Assembly: GCA_964252035.1 (NCBI GenBank)
Contig: OZ176202.1
Direction: 5' to 3' (one strand)
DNA length: 64,000 bases
Source of the DNA: Podarcis erhardii
Lineage: Eukaryota
Shown here: positions 40,031 through 53,100 of the stretch, piece after piece
Layout: every line of letters starts with the position of its first letter
Position numbering within the stretch: position 1 is the first letter of the stretch
Program-made: the position numbers and the translations under genes
Notes under the pieces: model-generated
Databases searched by the model: none
The model's input: only the letters and a program-made list of their open reading frames with translations
What the model was told of the DNA's origin: nothing

Positions 40031-40515
40031 TACCAGCATCTAGTTGCAATATCATAATATTTCAAGGGAAAGGGTGTGGCAATTTAATATACTCCTCCTC
40101 CTCTTCTCCCCATTAATCTCTATTCCATGAACCCTCTGGAGCAGATTTTGAGGATGTGCTGTATGGTGGAGAAGAGTTCCACTGTGCAGGTGGAAGTCTG
40201 CTGAACTCGTGGAATAGCGACATTGGATACAGCCCTAAGAAGTAAGCCCCACTGAATTTGCTTGCATTCAACTGAATACAAATGCACAGGACTGAAATGT
40301 TAGCTATGATTTTGCCACAGAAGGCGACAACTATGCTGTCGTATTATAGATATGTGTGCATATGCAAACCACCCAAAAGAATCAACCCCAAGTAAAGAAT
40401 GAGCCCATAAATATAATCCATATTAAAATTGTCCAGGGGTTATTATTAAACATCAGGTATTATTTCAATTTATCAATTTTTCCATTAGAAAAGACTGGTG
40501 GTAACTTCCATTCCA

Positions 40516-40878
40516 GGGGATGCGGGTGGCGCTGTGGGCAAAACCTCAGTGCCTAGGACTTGCTGATCGTATGGTCGGCGGTTCGAATCCCCGCGGTGGG
40601 GTGAGCTCCCGTCTTTCGGTCCCAGCTCCTGCCCACCTAGCAGTTTGAAAGCACCCCCAAGTGCAAGTAGATAAATAGGTACCGCTTTATAGCGGGAAGG
40701 TAAACGGCGTTTCTGTGTGCTGCGCTGGTGCCGGCTCGCCGGAGCAGCTTTGTCACACTGGCCACGTGACCTGGAAGTGTCTCCGGACAGCGCTGGCCCC
40801 CGGCCTCTTAAGTGAGATGAGCGCACAACCCTAGAGTCGGACACGACTGGCCCGTACGGGCAGGGGTACCTTTACCTT
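40516..40878 (+). mobile_element. Full-length young Sauria SINE
   Basis: tRNA-derived head with A box (tggcgctgtggg 40527-40538) and B box (ggttcgaatcc 40580-40590); Bov-B-like 3' part (gagtcggacacgact); (acctt t)n tail; perfect 14-bp TSD taacttccattcca at 40502-40515 and 40879-40892. Confidence 0.93.
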
Positions 40879-40904
40879 TAACTTCCATTCCAATATACTA
40901 AAAA

Positions 40905-41125
40905 TAGATAACAGCCTCTTGCTCTCACAGTGGATACCTACGGGAAACCCACAACCAAGGCCTGAGCCCAACAGCACTCTCCCTGCTTGTAATTCCCAGC
41001 AAGTGGTATTCAGAGGCATACGTGAAATAGCACAACCTGGCTAGGAGCCATTTATAACCTTCATCTTCCATGAACCTGTCTAATCCCCCTTTAAAGTCTA
41101 TCCAAGATGGTATGTCCTTAGCCAT
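40905..41125 (-). mobile_element. CR1 3' end (ORF2 terminus plus 3' UTR)
   Basis: DFKGGLDRFMEDEGY matches the CR1 terminus FK.GLDKFMED..I.GY; followed by a CR1-type UTR. Confidence 0.78.
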
Positions 41126-41373
41126 TGGTCATGCTTGCTGATGGGACTGATGGGAGTTGTAGTTCAGCCACATCCAGAAGTCAAAAGGTTCCCCACACCT
41201 GCCAAGGAGGCTACCTCCATGGGAAAAAGGAAAAAAAAATCTGTCTACTTTAGCATTAGGTCCTATGGGTGATGTCCAAGCCTTTGCTTCTTACAATGTT
41301 TTTGAAAATCCTAGCCATGAACTTAACACTCCTGAGAGAAGGAAATGTGCATCTGTCAACCATCAGTGGATAG

Positions 41374-41715
41374 TTGATGGACTATGCTGAAATGGCAAAA
41401 TTAACTGGGAAGCTCAGGAATCTAGAAGACAAGAACTTTTAAAAAGAATGGGAAAAGTTTATAATTTATATAAAAGATCATTGTAAGCAGGTTAAAACAC
41501 TGGCAGAATTTTAGACACACTTGTAGTGTAACAATTTAGAAAGATTAAAAAATTGGGAAAGTATTGATGTGCAGTGGAGAGTAGGATCAATAGGTCCCAT
41601 GGAAGGGATGGGGGAAGTCAGGAGATTCAGAGTAATCTCAATATTCGGATTCTGAATTGTTTTGTTACATGTTTATATTTTTGAAAATCAAATTTAAAAA
41701 ATTCGAGAAAAAAGA
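41374..41715 (+). mobile_element. L1/Tx1-type LINE 3' end relic
   Basis: 41374-41514 translates LMDYAEMAKLTGKLRNLEDKNF*KEWEKFIIYIKDHCKQVKTLAEF*, resembling lacertid L1 ORF2 C-termini as I recall them; followed by a UTR and an A-rich end. Confidence 0.6.
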
Positions 41716-42776
41716 AATAGTGCATCTGTAGGTGCAGCTCAATTTTCTACAATATTGTTGGTAGCCCCAAAAATGAAAAGATTTTGCTAGAAAAACAATT
41801 GGGGGAAAGAGAATAAATCAGTAACCATGCTCTCCTCTACCCCAGAAAACAGAAACTGACACTGAGAAAATTTAAAGATGCTCTTTGTCACTAATCTCCC
41901 AGTCATGATAAACAAAAAGTTATGAAATGGGCAGGACCTGCAAACAGGAAATATTTAATAAAGGTTCAAGAGAACTGAAAACTGTTATTTGCTCGTCTAC
42001 ACTGGGTTTTATTGCCCTGCAAGTGTATTTTATTGCCCTGAAAAACATTTTTTAAAAAAGAAGGTGCAGCCTGTAAAAAAAGAGTGAACAAAGGATGGCA
42101 ATTCCAGGAAAAAGGGGTGGTGTGGAAGCAATCATCGTCAGGTTGAAAGAACTTCAGAAATTTGAATTCTTTGATAGCAGAATACATTATGCCATCTTTA
42201 TTCTGTTATATTCCAGCCACAACCTGCTTTGCCACTCAGGTACATGCCAATCATATTTATTCATGATAACAAAAAATAACTGCAGTTATGGTTGTGTGAT
42301 ACAGGGCACTGGAATAACACATTCCCCTCAGTTAATGATCCCATTAAAATAATAAAGTTGCATCTCAATATAATGTTCTGAAATTGATATTCTTACTTGT
42401 AGCTGAAAGCTGTGAATTTGCTGTCTGTTCCTGAATGCAGTTTTAAGGAAACACCAGAAGCACAGACTCCATATGTCGGCATCTAGCACCACCAAGTGTT
42501 CAACTCAGTTTGTCTGCAGCAGAGCTCAAGAAAGCACATGTGTCCTTTTCTGTGTGCACCATCACAAGGCACAATCTGTGATGCTAGAAGCCTCCCATTG
42601 CTTTTAAATAGGCCCACCCAAGAGCATCTTGGAGGACAGTACTCTGTTTGAAGAGCTGCCGTGTGACCAGGAATTTGCCCATCAACAGCTCACACCAAGA
42701 CACCAAACTCTGCAAGCACACAGGTCGCTACGTAAGTTCTCCTCCCCAGGTTGAGATGTATCAGAAATAGCTATTA

Positions 42777-42989
42777 CAGTGGTACCTCGGGTTAAGAACT
42801 TAATTCGTTCTGGAGGTCCGTTCTTAACCTGAAACTATTCTTAACCTGAAGCACCACTTTAGCTAATGGGGCCTTCTGCTGCCGCCGTGCAATTTCTGTT
42901 CCCATCCTGAGGTAAAGTTCTTAACCCGAGGTACTATTTCTGGGTTAGCAGTCTGTAACCTGAAGCGTCTGTAACCCGAGGTACCACTG
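42777..42989. mobile_element. Same Tigger/pogo-like MITE family, complete, opposite orientation to the 20973 copy
   Basis: Perfect TIRs cagtggtacctcgggtta / taacccgaggtaccactg; TA flanks at 42775-76 and 42990-91. Confidence 0.92.
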
Positions 42990-43774
42990 TATTTCTAAAC
43001 TTGTGTCTGAATGTAGGCAAATTTGTATTCCCCTCTGTCCTCTTTTTTTGTACTTGTAATGCTTTCTCACTTTTTATATTAACACATAGTAGCCACAGTT
43101 AGCCTTCCTTAGCCCTCAATATTATTTTTCTTCACCCACCTGAGGTGCACACATTTTAGGAGAATGGTGACGTTCCTTTCATCAGGCTTTTGAAGGTGAC
43201 GAAGCATAATCTGTCTGACATTAGTTCGTAGGGGATCCTCTGCTATATTCTTTTTTTATTTTTTGTGTTTCTTTTGTATTGATGTTTCAATCAGTTTTAG
43301 AACATATATTGATGTGTCTCAGTGGGCAAGAGTCAACTAAGTTGCTGCAGGTGCAGAATGAGTTCTGCACAATGAGACTCTCCCCTCCACATGCCCCATG
43401 TCCCCCCTAAATCTGATCTGGGCGGTTGAGGGGAAACATAGAACAGGTTTAGGGGACGAACAGGAAGAGGAGAGGGTGGGCCTCACTCCCTGTGTGCTTA
43501 CCCCACTTAGCATGATGTTGAATTCCACCTATTAAGTTCTGCATCACCCTGTAACCGTACAGTGAAGGGTAACAAAGTACGTAATACCTAAATAAATAAA
43601 ATTATTGGCCCATCTCTGTTTATTGTTCATCAGGGATCAGCCACTGCCAACTTTCCCACTCTTGTGCTGTCTGAAAGAGAAAAAACAGATTTTCAAAAAT
43701 TCTTAAATGGGTTAGAACCAAAATGCTATGTTCTAGAACTGTAATTGTCATTGAAAATGTTGTTGTCATTGAAA

Positions 43775-44019
43775 TGCTCAAACAATGAATGAAGGGGGCT
43801 GCCAATGGCTGCAAGTCAGGATGGCCATATACTACCGCCAAGATCAGAGGTGCCATGCCTCTGAATCCCAGGTACTGGGCAACAGCAGCAGGAGAGAGGA
43901 GACCTTGCTCTCATGTCCTGCTTGTGGGTTTCCCAAAGGCATCTGATTGGTCATGGTGGGAAACAGAATGCTGGATTCGGCTCATAGTCAGGTCCAACAA
44001 GACTCTTCTTACACTCTTA
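43775..44019 (+). mobile_element. CR1 3' UTR relic
   Basis: atgcctctgaatcccagg, ggcatctgattggtcatggtgggaaacagaatgctgga and ctcttcttacactctta tail. Confidence 0.7.
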
Positions 44020-44115
44020 AAAGATTGTTCTTTTCTTGTTTTTAGAAAGGTGGTCACCAGTTGATCATAAAACAACAATTTGTTTATTATTCCCTGGAAC
44101 TCAAGGCAGCACACT

Positions 44116-44417
44116 CACACCCTCTAAGTGTCCCTATTTTCCAGGGACAGCCCCAGATTTATGGAAGCTGTCCCGGTTTCTGTGATCCCAGAATGTCCCA
44201 CTTTTCCTTAGGATTTTCATTGGAGAAATGTTGGAGGGTATGGAGTTATGCGACCCCTGAGTCATCTGAAGGCAGCCCTATATAGGGAAGCTTTTTATGT
44301 TTAATGTTTTGTAATGTTTTTATATATGTCGGAAGGCACCCAGAGTGGGTGGTGGTGGTGGTGGTGGTGGTGGCATGGGACATCCCTATTTTCATCAGAG
44401 AAATGTTGGAGGGTATG
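44116..44417. mobile_element. Composite non-autonomous DNA element (CATACCCTCCAA-type ends) enclosing an L2 3'-end fragment and (GGT)n
   Basis: Left end cacaccctctaa; right-end motif ttggagggtatg occurs twice (44231-44242 and 44406-44417); an L2-like tail segment lies at about 44278-44347 between them. Confidence 0.65.
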
Positions 44418-45750
44418 CATACTTTTGAGTTTCCAAGTGGTCCTCCGCTGGCACTGAGAGGACTTAGATCTGGCTTCAACAAGATTGCTGCAATCAGCCT
44501 TCAGGCCACGCCCTGGGACCATTATGGACAAGTATATTCTACGTATGTATGACTTAATTAATTAATCTATTTGTCTGGAGAACTGCAAGATTATGGTTGT
44601 GAAAATTCTACATTTGCTTGCTGGACGTTCAAGACCTAGAATTTGACTGCAAGTTTGAATGCAGCCCCAAGATGGCAGAATATAATCACTGTTATTCAGG
44701 GAAGAAGTGCTTCTGAGTTCACTCTATAAGAGGGTTGGTTGTATCTTCATTTCACTGTGATGTTTAAGGGACCGCATGTCTAACTGGCTCAGATAGTCTC
44801 AAAAATAACCATAGAGTATCTTTTACGTTAAGAATCTACCAGTGTAAATGCAGGAGCCTTGTTGGGTAAGACATCACAGTTGATGGGGTAGCTTTTACAA
44901 GAATTTCCCTGAGGACTGAATACATTGGGGGGTCCATAAGAACTCGTGCTAAATAAACACACCTTTGTCACTGTCAGATTTTAGATGTTTCTAACATTTT
45001 ACTCCTGCCACAGGGCTTTTGTGCACAATGCAGCTCCCACTGGGAACGGTTTCACCCCTCTTTTTAAATCAGCATCAGCAGACACACCCAATTCCTGGGG
45101 AGGGTCCTAGCATGCCAAAACCTCTGTTGCATCTTTGGGTGGTTCTGTTCTACTGCTCTGCTTACTAGCATGGATGGAACCACAAAGTCTTTGGAAGTTC
45201 AAAATCCACAGCCCCGAACACCATGGCAGATTCTATAATATCCAGTCTACTTGAACTTGATTTTTCATGGCATGCTGAGCCCTTCTTAATAACAGTAACA
45301 CTAGTTGATTGCATAAAGCTGATGTCAGAAAGCCAAGCCTTGGGCTTCACGTACTCATTATATTTTCCATTCAATTATTGTTTTGGTTGTTAGCTGTCTT
45401 GAAGCAAAGACGAAAGGTGGGATATAAATCCCTAAAACGAACGAATGAATAAAAGTGACACATTTCCAATAAATCAGTTGGTTGATGACCCTTTCATTCA
45501 GGCTGCAGACACTTGCTGGGGAATTAGCCTCCTTGGAGAAGTAAGTGGGGCTTACTTCTGAGTAAATATGCATGGGATTGTGCAGATAGTTTAAAAATAG
45601 TGCAAAAGAGAACAAATAGGAACCCTTCAGGCAGCTTGTAGCCAAGATACTAGCTGTACAGTGTATCTTTGTACGATGTTACACATCATGCTTAGATACC
45701 ACTCTGCATTTTAGAATCTGGGAGATATTTTATTGCAGTTAATACCTATT

Positions 45751-45791
45751 GAAGAAGAAGAAGAAGAGGAGGAGGAGAAAGAGGAGGAGGA
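45751..45791. repeat. (GAA)n/(GGA)n polypurine tract
   Basis: Direct reading. Confidence 0.95.
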
Positions 45792-46037
45792 ATTAATTAG
45801 CCACTTAATGTTAAAATAAGACCACTCAATGCCAGTCATCTACTGAGTGTACACAATGAGTGTCAGGAGGCCCACCGGCATGAAACCACCAAACTTGATA
45901 AAATGAGGAGGTAAAACCATGGGGCAGGGGGTCTCTACGAATTGTGCCCTGTCCAAGGCCCTCCAAAACTGAGACTTGGCACCTACACAGTGGCTTTCTA
46001 TGGTGGACAAGCAAGATTCAGAGCTTAGGTAGGAGCT

Positions 46038-46212
46038 CAGGAAGCTGCCAAACTGAATCAGAACCCTAGCTGGTCCACCAAGTTCTGTATTGCCTAAATT
46101 GACTCTCCAGGGTTTCAGACAGGAGTCTCTCCCAACCCTACCAGGAGATGCCAGGGATTGAACCTTGGATGTTATGCCTGCCAAGCAGATGCTCTGAGCC
46201 ACAACAATTCCC
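46038..46212 (-). mobile_element. Same SINE family, reverse strand, degenerate
   Basis: caggaagctgcc ... ggagatgccagggattgaacc ... gcagatgctctg. Confidence 0.7.
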
Positions 46213-46761
46213 TGCCTTACACTTGCCCCAGCTCAACATCAGATCAAATCCTGAACAGGCTAGCCAATGTGGTGCCTTCCAGCCAGCATGCCAATGGTCA
46301 GGGTTGCTGTAGCCCACAACATCTGGAGGGCACCATGTTGTCTGCCCCTGCTTTGACTCTTCCTGGTGTCCCTTGGCCAGCCCTGTTCTGTGTCCTCTTA
46401 TCTGCTTCACAGCTTCCTCCCATCCCCTTTCTGGAGGGCTGCTTCCGTCTAGTGGGTCATTTAGAGGCTCTGCATCTAAGCAGCAAAGCAAGCGCTGGCT
46501 GAGTTCAGAGTTTCCTTTATCAGCCAAAGAAATGTCAAGCAGCAGCAGGATCTTTGCCAAAGGTCTACGAGGGAACAAGGTTAGGGCAGGACTTGGAGTA
46601 CTTTTCAGAGAAGACCCAATAACCACACAGACACCAGCCATGTCACTGTTTTCCACACTGCGTCCTCGGACAACTTAGTGGAGAAATTAGAAGAGGCTTT
46701 GGGGCTATCCTTCCAAAGCATCCCTGACATAGGATCTAAAATTCACTATCCACATAGGGTA

Positions 46762-47135
46762 CTGGCACTGTGGTCCGAGTTTGGGGGTGCCTGCTCTTGG
46801 GCTTGCTGATCAGAAGGTCAGCAGTTCGAATCTGCGTGACGGAGTGAGCACCCATTGCTTTGTCCCAGCTTCTGCCAACCTAGCAGTTCGAAAGCACACC
46901 GACACAAGTAGATAAATAGGTACCGCTGTGGCGGGAATGTAAACGGCGTTTCCGTGCGCTCTAGCATTCATCATGGTACTCTGTGCACCAGTAGCGGTTT
47001 AGTCATGCTGGCCAATGACCCGGAAAGCTGTCTGTGGACAAACGTCGGCTCCCTCGGCTTGAAGCGAGATGAGTGCCATACCCCAAAGTCGCCTTTGACT
47101 GGACTTAACTGTCCAGGGGTACTTTACCTTTAACC
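46762..47135 (+). mobile_element. Sauria SINE, older and more diverged
   Basis: tggcactgtggtc, agttcgaatc, caagtagataaataggtaccgc and an actttacctttaacct tail; collinear with the 40516 copy. Confidence 0.88.
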
Positions 47136-47757
47136 TACTTTGCTAATATAAGAGAGGGGTGAAAACAGATTAAGGGCCAGGAAAGACATAAACAGTGGCC
47201 CATAGCACAACTCATGTACAAAAACAGCCACACAAGAGATGCCAGCACCAGAAAAGTCTGGCAAGAGCATGCTTGTTCATACAAGCTGTGAGACTGAGGT
47301 CAGGAGGGTTTGTATAACATGTGGGTAAGCATTCACACTTTAGCCTAGCCTAGAGTGAATGAAAAGAGAAATATCAAGAAGTAGCCAGGATGAGGGTGGA
47401 GTCCATGCCCGTCCTTGTATAAGTGTACTTGATATGCAAAAAGGTTGCATGACAAAAATAGTGGCAGGGGTATGAAAAGTGTTGGTGTGATTGTGATTTA
47501 AGTGCTGCTTAACTATGCCAGAGTTACCAACTTTCTAAAGCAGACATGGCTCCCGTGTGGTTAACTGCAATTGATCTACAGACATTAGCAGGCTGTGATG
47601 CTTATATCCATGTCATGGAAAGCTACAGGCTGGTTTCTAAAGATCCAGTTGTTGTCAAAGGTACAGGAGCAGCCCAAACACTTCTTTTATAGTCAATCAG
47701 CAACCCTAGGAAGCTGCCATTTTGGAGGAGAAGCAACAAATAAGATGGGGTGCTTAC

Positions 47758-47847
47758 CATAGCTGTCAACTTTTCCCTTTTCTGGCGAGGAATCCTATTC
47801 GGAATAAGGGAATTTCCCTTTAAAAAAGTGAAAAGTTGGCAGCTATG
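47758..47847. mobile_element. Minimal hAT MITE (90 bp)
   Basis: 17-bp TIRs catagctgtcaactttt / aaaagttggcagctatg; 8-bp TSD gtgcttac / gtgcttag. Confidence 0.85.
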
Positions 47848-49086
47848 GTGCTTAGGCCTTTCCCTATCCTCAATTACCCTACCACAACTCCCAGAGCAAC
47901 CAAAACGGAGGTGGGTAAGTGGTTCAGGGAACATTTTGGGGCAAGAAAATGGGTGGGGAAAGGGTTAAGAACCACCTCCTAACACAAAACTACTCAATTC
48001 CTGATCAGCCCCTCTGGAAGTGACCATTTCTTCCAAGTGTTTTCAATGTGTTTGTCCATAATATGTAGCCCTACCCACTGTAGAGGGGAGATAAAAGCGC
48101 TGAAGAGCGTTAGGTGTATCTGCCCCTAATGTCTGTTCTTAGCAAGATATCAGTCCATTAATCTGCTCTCAGCCCATGGCTTTATGCTTCTATCATAGAA
48201 AGGAATAGGCACAACAATATTATGAGGGTATTTGAAACCATGGATTCCTTTAAAAAAAAAAAAAAAAAAAGCCAGGTTCTCAGGGTAACTGGATTATAGC
48301 AATAAAGAAACACAAAGCACAGATCTGGAAGGAAGCTGGCTTGGTGCTCATCCAAATGTTAAATGACAGAGGATAATCTTTTCTCTCTCGTTCTAATGGC
48401 CATTTTGCTTGGCTATCATGGAAGCATGGGAGCGTGCCCCTGATGGCTCTGATCCTTTCATCTGGCCTAACAAAGTTATACAACAGGTCATGACCTAGGC
48501 AATATGATTGAGTGAAAACCAGTTCCTCTAAATTGTATGCTTAGAAAAAGAAAGCTCCCAATTCCTTGTATCGCTGTAAAAAAAATAGAATCTGCACTAA
48601 AAGGCTGATCAGAAGGCTCCCCCCCCCCCCGGCTTTTCTGCACTGGTTTAGCTCCCCCAGTCTTTCTGTACTGGTTTATAGAAATTTGCAGCAAAAATCC
48701 CCAGAAAAGTTTGGAACAATATTCCTATTAAATATTATAACTTGGTCCATGCCTCTGTTGCCATTTAATACTGTAATCCTATGCATGTTTACTTGGAAGA
48801 AAGTCCCAGTGCATTTAATCATGCTTGCACCCAGAAAGGTAAGTAATAATGATGATTGCAGCCCAGGAATAAGTTCCAGTGACTATAGTAGGGGTACGTA
48901 CACAATGCCATCTTAAAACACAGCTGGGTTGTTCCAATTCTCAATTCAGATCAAAGCTGGTTTGGGACAAAATACAGTATTTCGTAAGAAATGACAGGAT
49001 AAATACAGGATACATATGTATTGTGGCTAACATGGTGTGGGCACCACTTTCCAAACCAGTGGGGGGAGCATAGTAGATGCAAAATA

Positions 49087-49312
49087 CAGTGGTACCTCAG
49101 GTTAAGTACTTAATTCGTTCTGGAGGTCCGTACTTAACCTGAAACTGTTCTTAACCTGAAGCACCACTTTAGCTAATGGGGCCTCCTGTTGCCGCCGCGC
49201 TGCCACTGCACGATTTCTGTTCTCATCCTGAAGCAAAGTTCTTAACCCGAGGTACTATTTCTGGGTTAGCGGAGTCTGTAACCTGAAGCGTATGTAACCC
49301 GAGGTACCACTG
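49087..49312. mobile_element. Same Tigger/pogo-like MITE family, complete
   Basis: TIRs cagtggtacctcaggtta / taacccgaggtaccactg; TA flanks; body near-identical to the 42777 copy. Confidence 0.92.
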
Positions 49313-49999
49313 TAAACAGAAGAGTGTACAGACTCATTGGGCTGAGTTCCTGTGACATCTTGTGCCCACATCTTTAGCCTTCAGGAGCTGGTGTACGCTT
49401 TGCCCAGCAAAGCAAGACAGAGAGCTTAAAAGCTCCTTCTATGCTGGGAAAACCCAGCAAGGCCTACTGAGCACCCTGGCTCTGGAAGGCAGGAGATGCT
49501 CAGGTAGGGGTGGTTCCAAGGGGGTGGCTTGAGTACATGCATTTTTGTGTATACACAGAACCCTTGGAACTGAACCCACCATGTAAGATGTGGCCATACT
49601 GTACCTTTTATAGTTGTGTGTTGAGACAGGAAGTGAATTTTTATTTTTATTTTTAAGAAGAGGAGGGCAGGCAATACTAAGTACACATCAGCAGTATGAG
49701 TTAATAAAGTTGTGTGGTCAAATTTTGAGGGAAGATATTATTGTGAAGGTTAAATCTTCCATGAGATTCTCAATTTTTTCAAATGAAAACAACAAGTATT
49801 TCTGGCACAGAACCACTATCTCTAGTGGTCTAAAACCTGGTTTGGAAAGACTAAACATAACAGCCATGATGAGGTGTAGGCTCATGTCATTAAGCGCTTT
49901 ACAGGTCAAAACACCTTGTGCCTAGAAACTAATGGGAAGTCACAGATGTTGGAGCACATGTGTAATGTTCTGTGGGTTATCAACCTATCAAAGGATTGG

Positions 50000-50104
50000 T
50001 TCCACATTCTGAACAAATTGAAGCTTCCAGACCATAACCAAAGGTAGCACCATGCTAAGAACATTACAGTAGTCTAGCCTTGAAATTACAAGAGCATGAA
50101 TAAT
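50000..50104 (-). mobile_element. L2 LINE ORF2 relic (extends about 49840-50180)
   Basis: Reverse translation IIHALVISRLDYCNVLSMVLPLVMVWKLQFVQNVE matches the L2 motif HALV.SRLDYCN.L..GLP....KLQLVQNAA. Confidence 0.88.
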
Positions 50105-53100
50105 GGATTATGGGTTCTGATGAGACAGAAAGGACTGGAATCTTCTTATAAGATGGCTGTTCATGGAAGATATACTAGAAATGTCACAGTAGAATGGCAA
50201 AAAAGAAACAAAATAGTCACCAGGCAATTTTTATTTTTAAAAGGGCAGTAAGTGTACATTAAAAATCAAACTAATCCTATGTCACATTCCTGATCATGAT
50301 ACCAGAGAATAATGAAAATCATTTGACTTCCCTAAAATAAGAAAGGAATAAGCTCTCAATTTTAGCCTTCATTTTGGAATTGCAGCACCCATGCTAGCAG
50401 AAGCTGCCAGTTATGGATAGACAAAAATGCACAGGTCTGCAGGGGGGAAAGTTCCTCTCAGTGCTCCATTCCCTGAACAGCTGAGACAGCAAAGTCCTGA
50501 CATGTTGAAGGGCAACCTAGCCTTCTTTGGACAAGAAAGGTCACTTCTGTTTGTTTTAATATTTTGGTTAAAATAAAGAATACTAGATATGATAAAATAA
50601 AAGGAGAATTCTTTTCATGCCTAAATCCAGGCTTTGGTGAGAGAACCCCAGCAGAGATTTAAAATCACACACAAAAATGCAGCATAGCATGGAAATATAG
50701 GTGGTTAGACCTTTAAAATATCCCCTTCTGATCTTCTTCCAGAGCACCTCACTTCCCTTAGCATGGAAAGAGACCACACGACTGTTAAGTTAAAAACACA
50801 TACAAGCTCTTCAGAGGTAAGATTCATGGGCTTTTCTATACAGCATCAAGAAAAGACAAAATTTAGTTTCAAAAAGTAGTAAATGTTTCTAAATTATTTG
50901 TACAGGAACACAAAGATGGCTTTCTTAAGCAACATGGTCTAAGCTTGGAACATCCAGCTTAGACATCCCAACTGGTAGGGTTCACATGGTGGAAAGGAAG
51001 AGAGAACAAGGGTGATGGGTAAATGACCTACCTAGGCCTGGAAGTATGGCTTACTCTATGGTCTTAACCACTTCATGCGTTAATTAGACTTAAGTATGTT
51101 GGTTATATGAGGCTGGATATATCCCACAACTTCAACATACAATTGCCCTCAAAAATGAAAGTGTGTGTCAGAACTGAAGGGAAATAAGCGCAAAAGAAAA
51201 CCCCCTACATGCAGCAGAGTTATACCAGACTCTATATTATTGGAAATGGGCTGTCTTAATAGAAAAACCAATGGAGCCTCTTTGAACATCAAAATAATGT
51301 ATAAATATGCTTCATCTGGGGCTGTTCCACACATGGCCTACATGCCTTACATAAGGGTAGGGTGTGCAAGCAAAATGGATGGCTCTTCTGAGACACGCCT
51401 GCTCACATAGGAATTTACAAGCGTAGACCCCAATTCACATTAAAATGCTCCTACACAGCAGGGAGGGTTACATGAGCCTGAGGCTTAGACCTACACTCTG
51501 CTACATATATAAACAGAAACATAGGCCGTGCACAAACTAGCCTTGTGCATCTGAACATGCAGGTATTTAGGGTTTTGATTTTAAAGCTTAGGCACAACAG
51601 ATGTACCTACATGGCTTTAATAATTTCAAGGCATATCAGCTTAAACCCATCAGATCTAATAACGCAACTGTTCAGTTGCTTCCAGCTGACCTGTTTATTG
51701 AGCATTCATCTTGACTCGTCTGCAAAAAGTTTGCAGGAAGGTTAGACAGCATTGACTATTTATTGAACACTCATTCCAATTTGTTTGCAAGGGAGGCGAT
51801 ATGATCTTGTCTTGAGCAAATGTTACCCCACACCTCCCAGTCCATTTTCCTGTCACTTCCCTTATCGTAACATGTATAATTTTGGCAAGAAGTAGGCTTG
51901 TAGTGTGAGAGCCCCAAATCAACTTTAATTGCACAACCTGAATCTGTCAGTGTCTGGTTGAATCTCACCCCAAAATAATGACAGGCTAGAAGCACCCTTT
52001 GTCCTTGTCAATCATAGTTTCCACTTATTTTAAAAGCCTTTTTTCTTAGCATATGTCTGGATAGTGGATTTAGGAATGTTTTGGGTTTATTCTGGTTTTT
52101 TATTTGTACATCACACTTTCAAAATCTCTCTAGATTTATCTGCCTCTCTCATTGTCACGGATTCACTGTTCCAGGGACATCCCTTACTTTACGGCAGCCT
52201 GATGCAGGCAGTAATCTTGATACATATTTGGTGACCCTGCAACATTAAATCACACACTGTAGTGCTTTATTCCTCCTCCAGAAGACTTTCTGCATTAGTG
52301 GGTATCTAAAATTACACCCGAAAGATTGAATACACCCTGCAAAGTAATAAATGACACCATATGGTCTTCATTTTTCAAAGCAATGCACCACTGTTTTAAA
52401 GCAATTTGTGTTTAATTTTCCAATTAAAAGGCTTGAAATAGATTTCCTAACACAGGGACACAGAAAACAGTCACTTCAGGGGTTCTCCCTAGCTAAGAGA
52501 TCAGGTGAACTAACAGCCTTGACAGTCACATGTTGCCCTTGGTCAGGTAGCTACCAAGGGGCCCATAAGCCTGAGCTGTTAATTTCTTCCCCTTTCTACT
52601 CTGAAACAGCGAGTCATCATTACAGCAAAGACAAGGGGCATGATGCCTCTCTCAACAAATTAAAATGAGTATATGCTTCCTTAAGCCTCTTGGGCTTGAA
52701 CATATGTCAGCTCTGAACTACACCCTTACTACCCCCACTTTCCCACTCAATTTGTAAAGAAAGAAAATCCATTTTAAAAGGGCAGATCTTTGCTGTGCTC
52801 CATAGAAAGCAGCTATTAAGAAAAAACAAACAAATATTGGAATCTTCTTCCAAAACAGATCATTCCCTTGTGGGCTTGTTTGTTTGCTTTTTCAGTTATG
52901 CCATTGACAACTATCAAAGTTGACTGTATTTTTTTTTTACTTCAGAAAAGATGTATGAAAAAGTGAAATTGAGAGGTCTAGAAAACTTTTATGGCCTTTT
53001 CATTACTGAATCTACTGAGTTTCTGAGAAACCGGAGATTCTGATGTTTTATTGTCAAATAAAGTGTGTCACATACTCACACAGCAATAGTGAATGATTGT

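Noticed and set aside
45751-45791. Polypurine tract as a functional H-DNA element
   Set aside because: Ordinary short microsatellite in repeat-rich intergenic DNA with no supporting context.
46138-46678. 172-aa, 114-aa and 101-aa ORFs
   Set aside because: They overlap SINE and MITE remnants; no family motifs or consistent splice signals.
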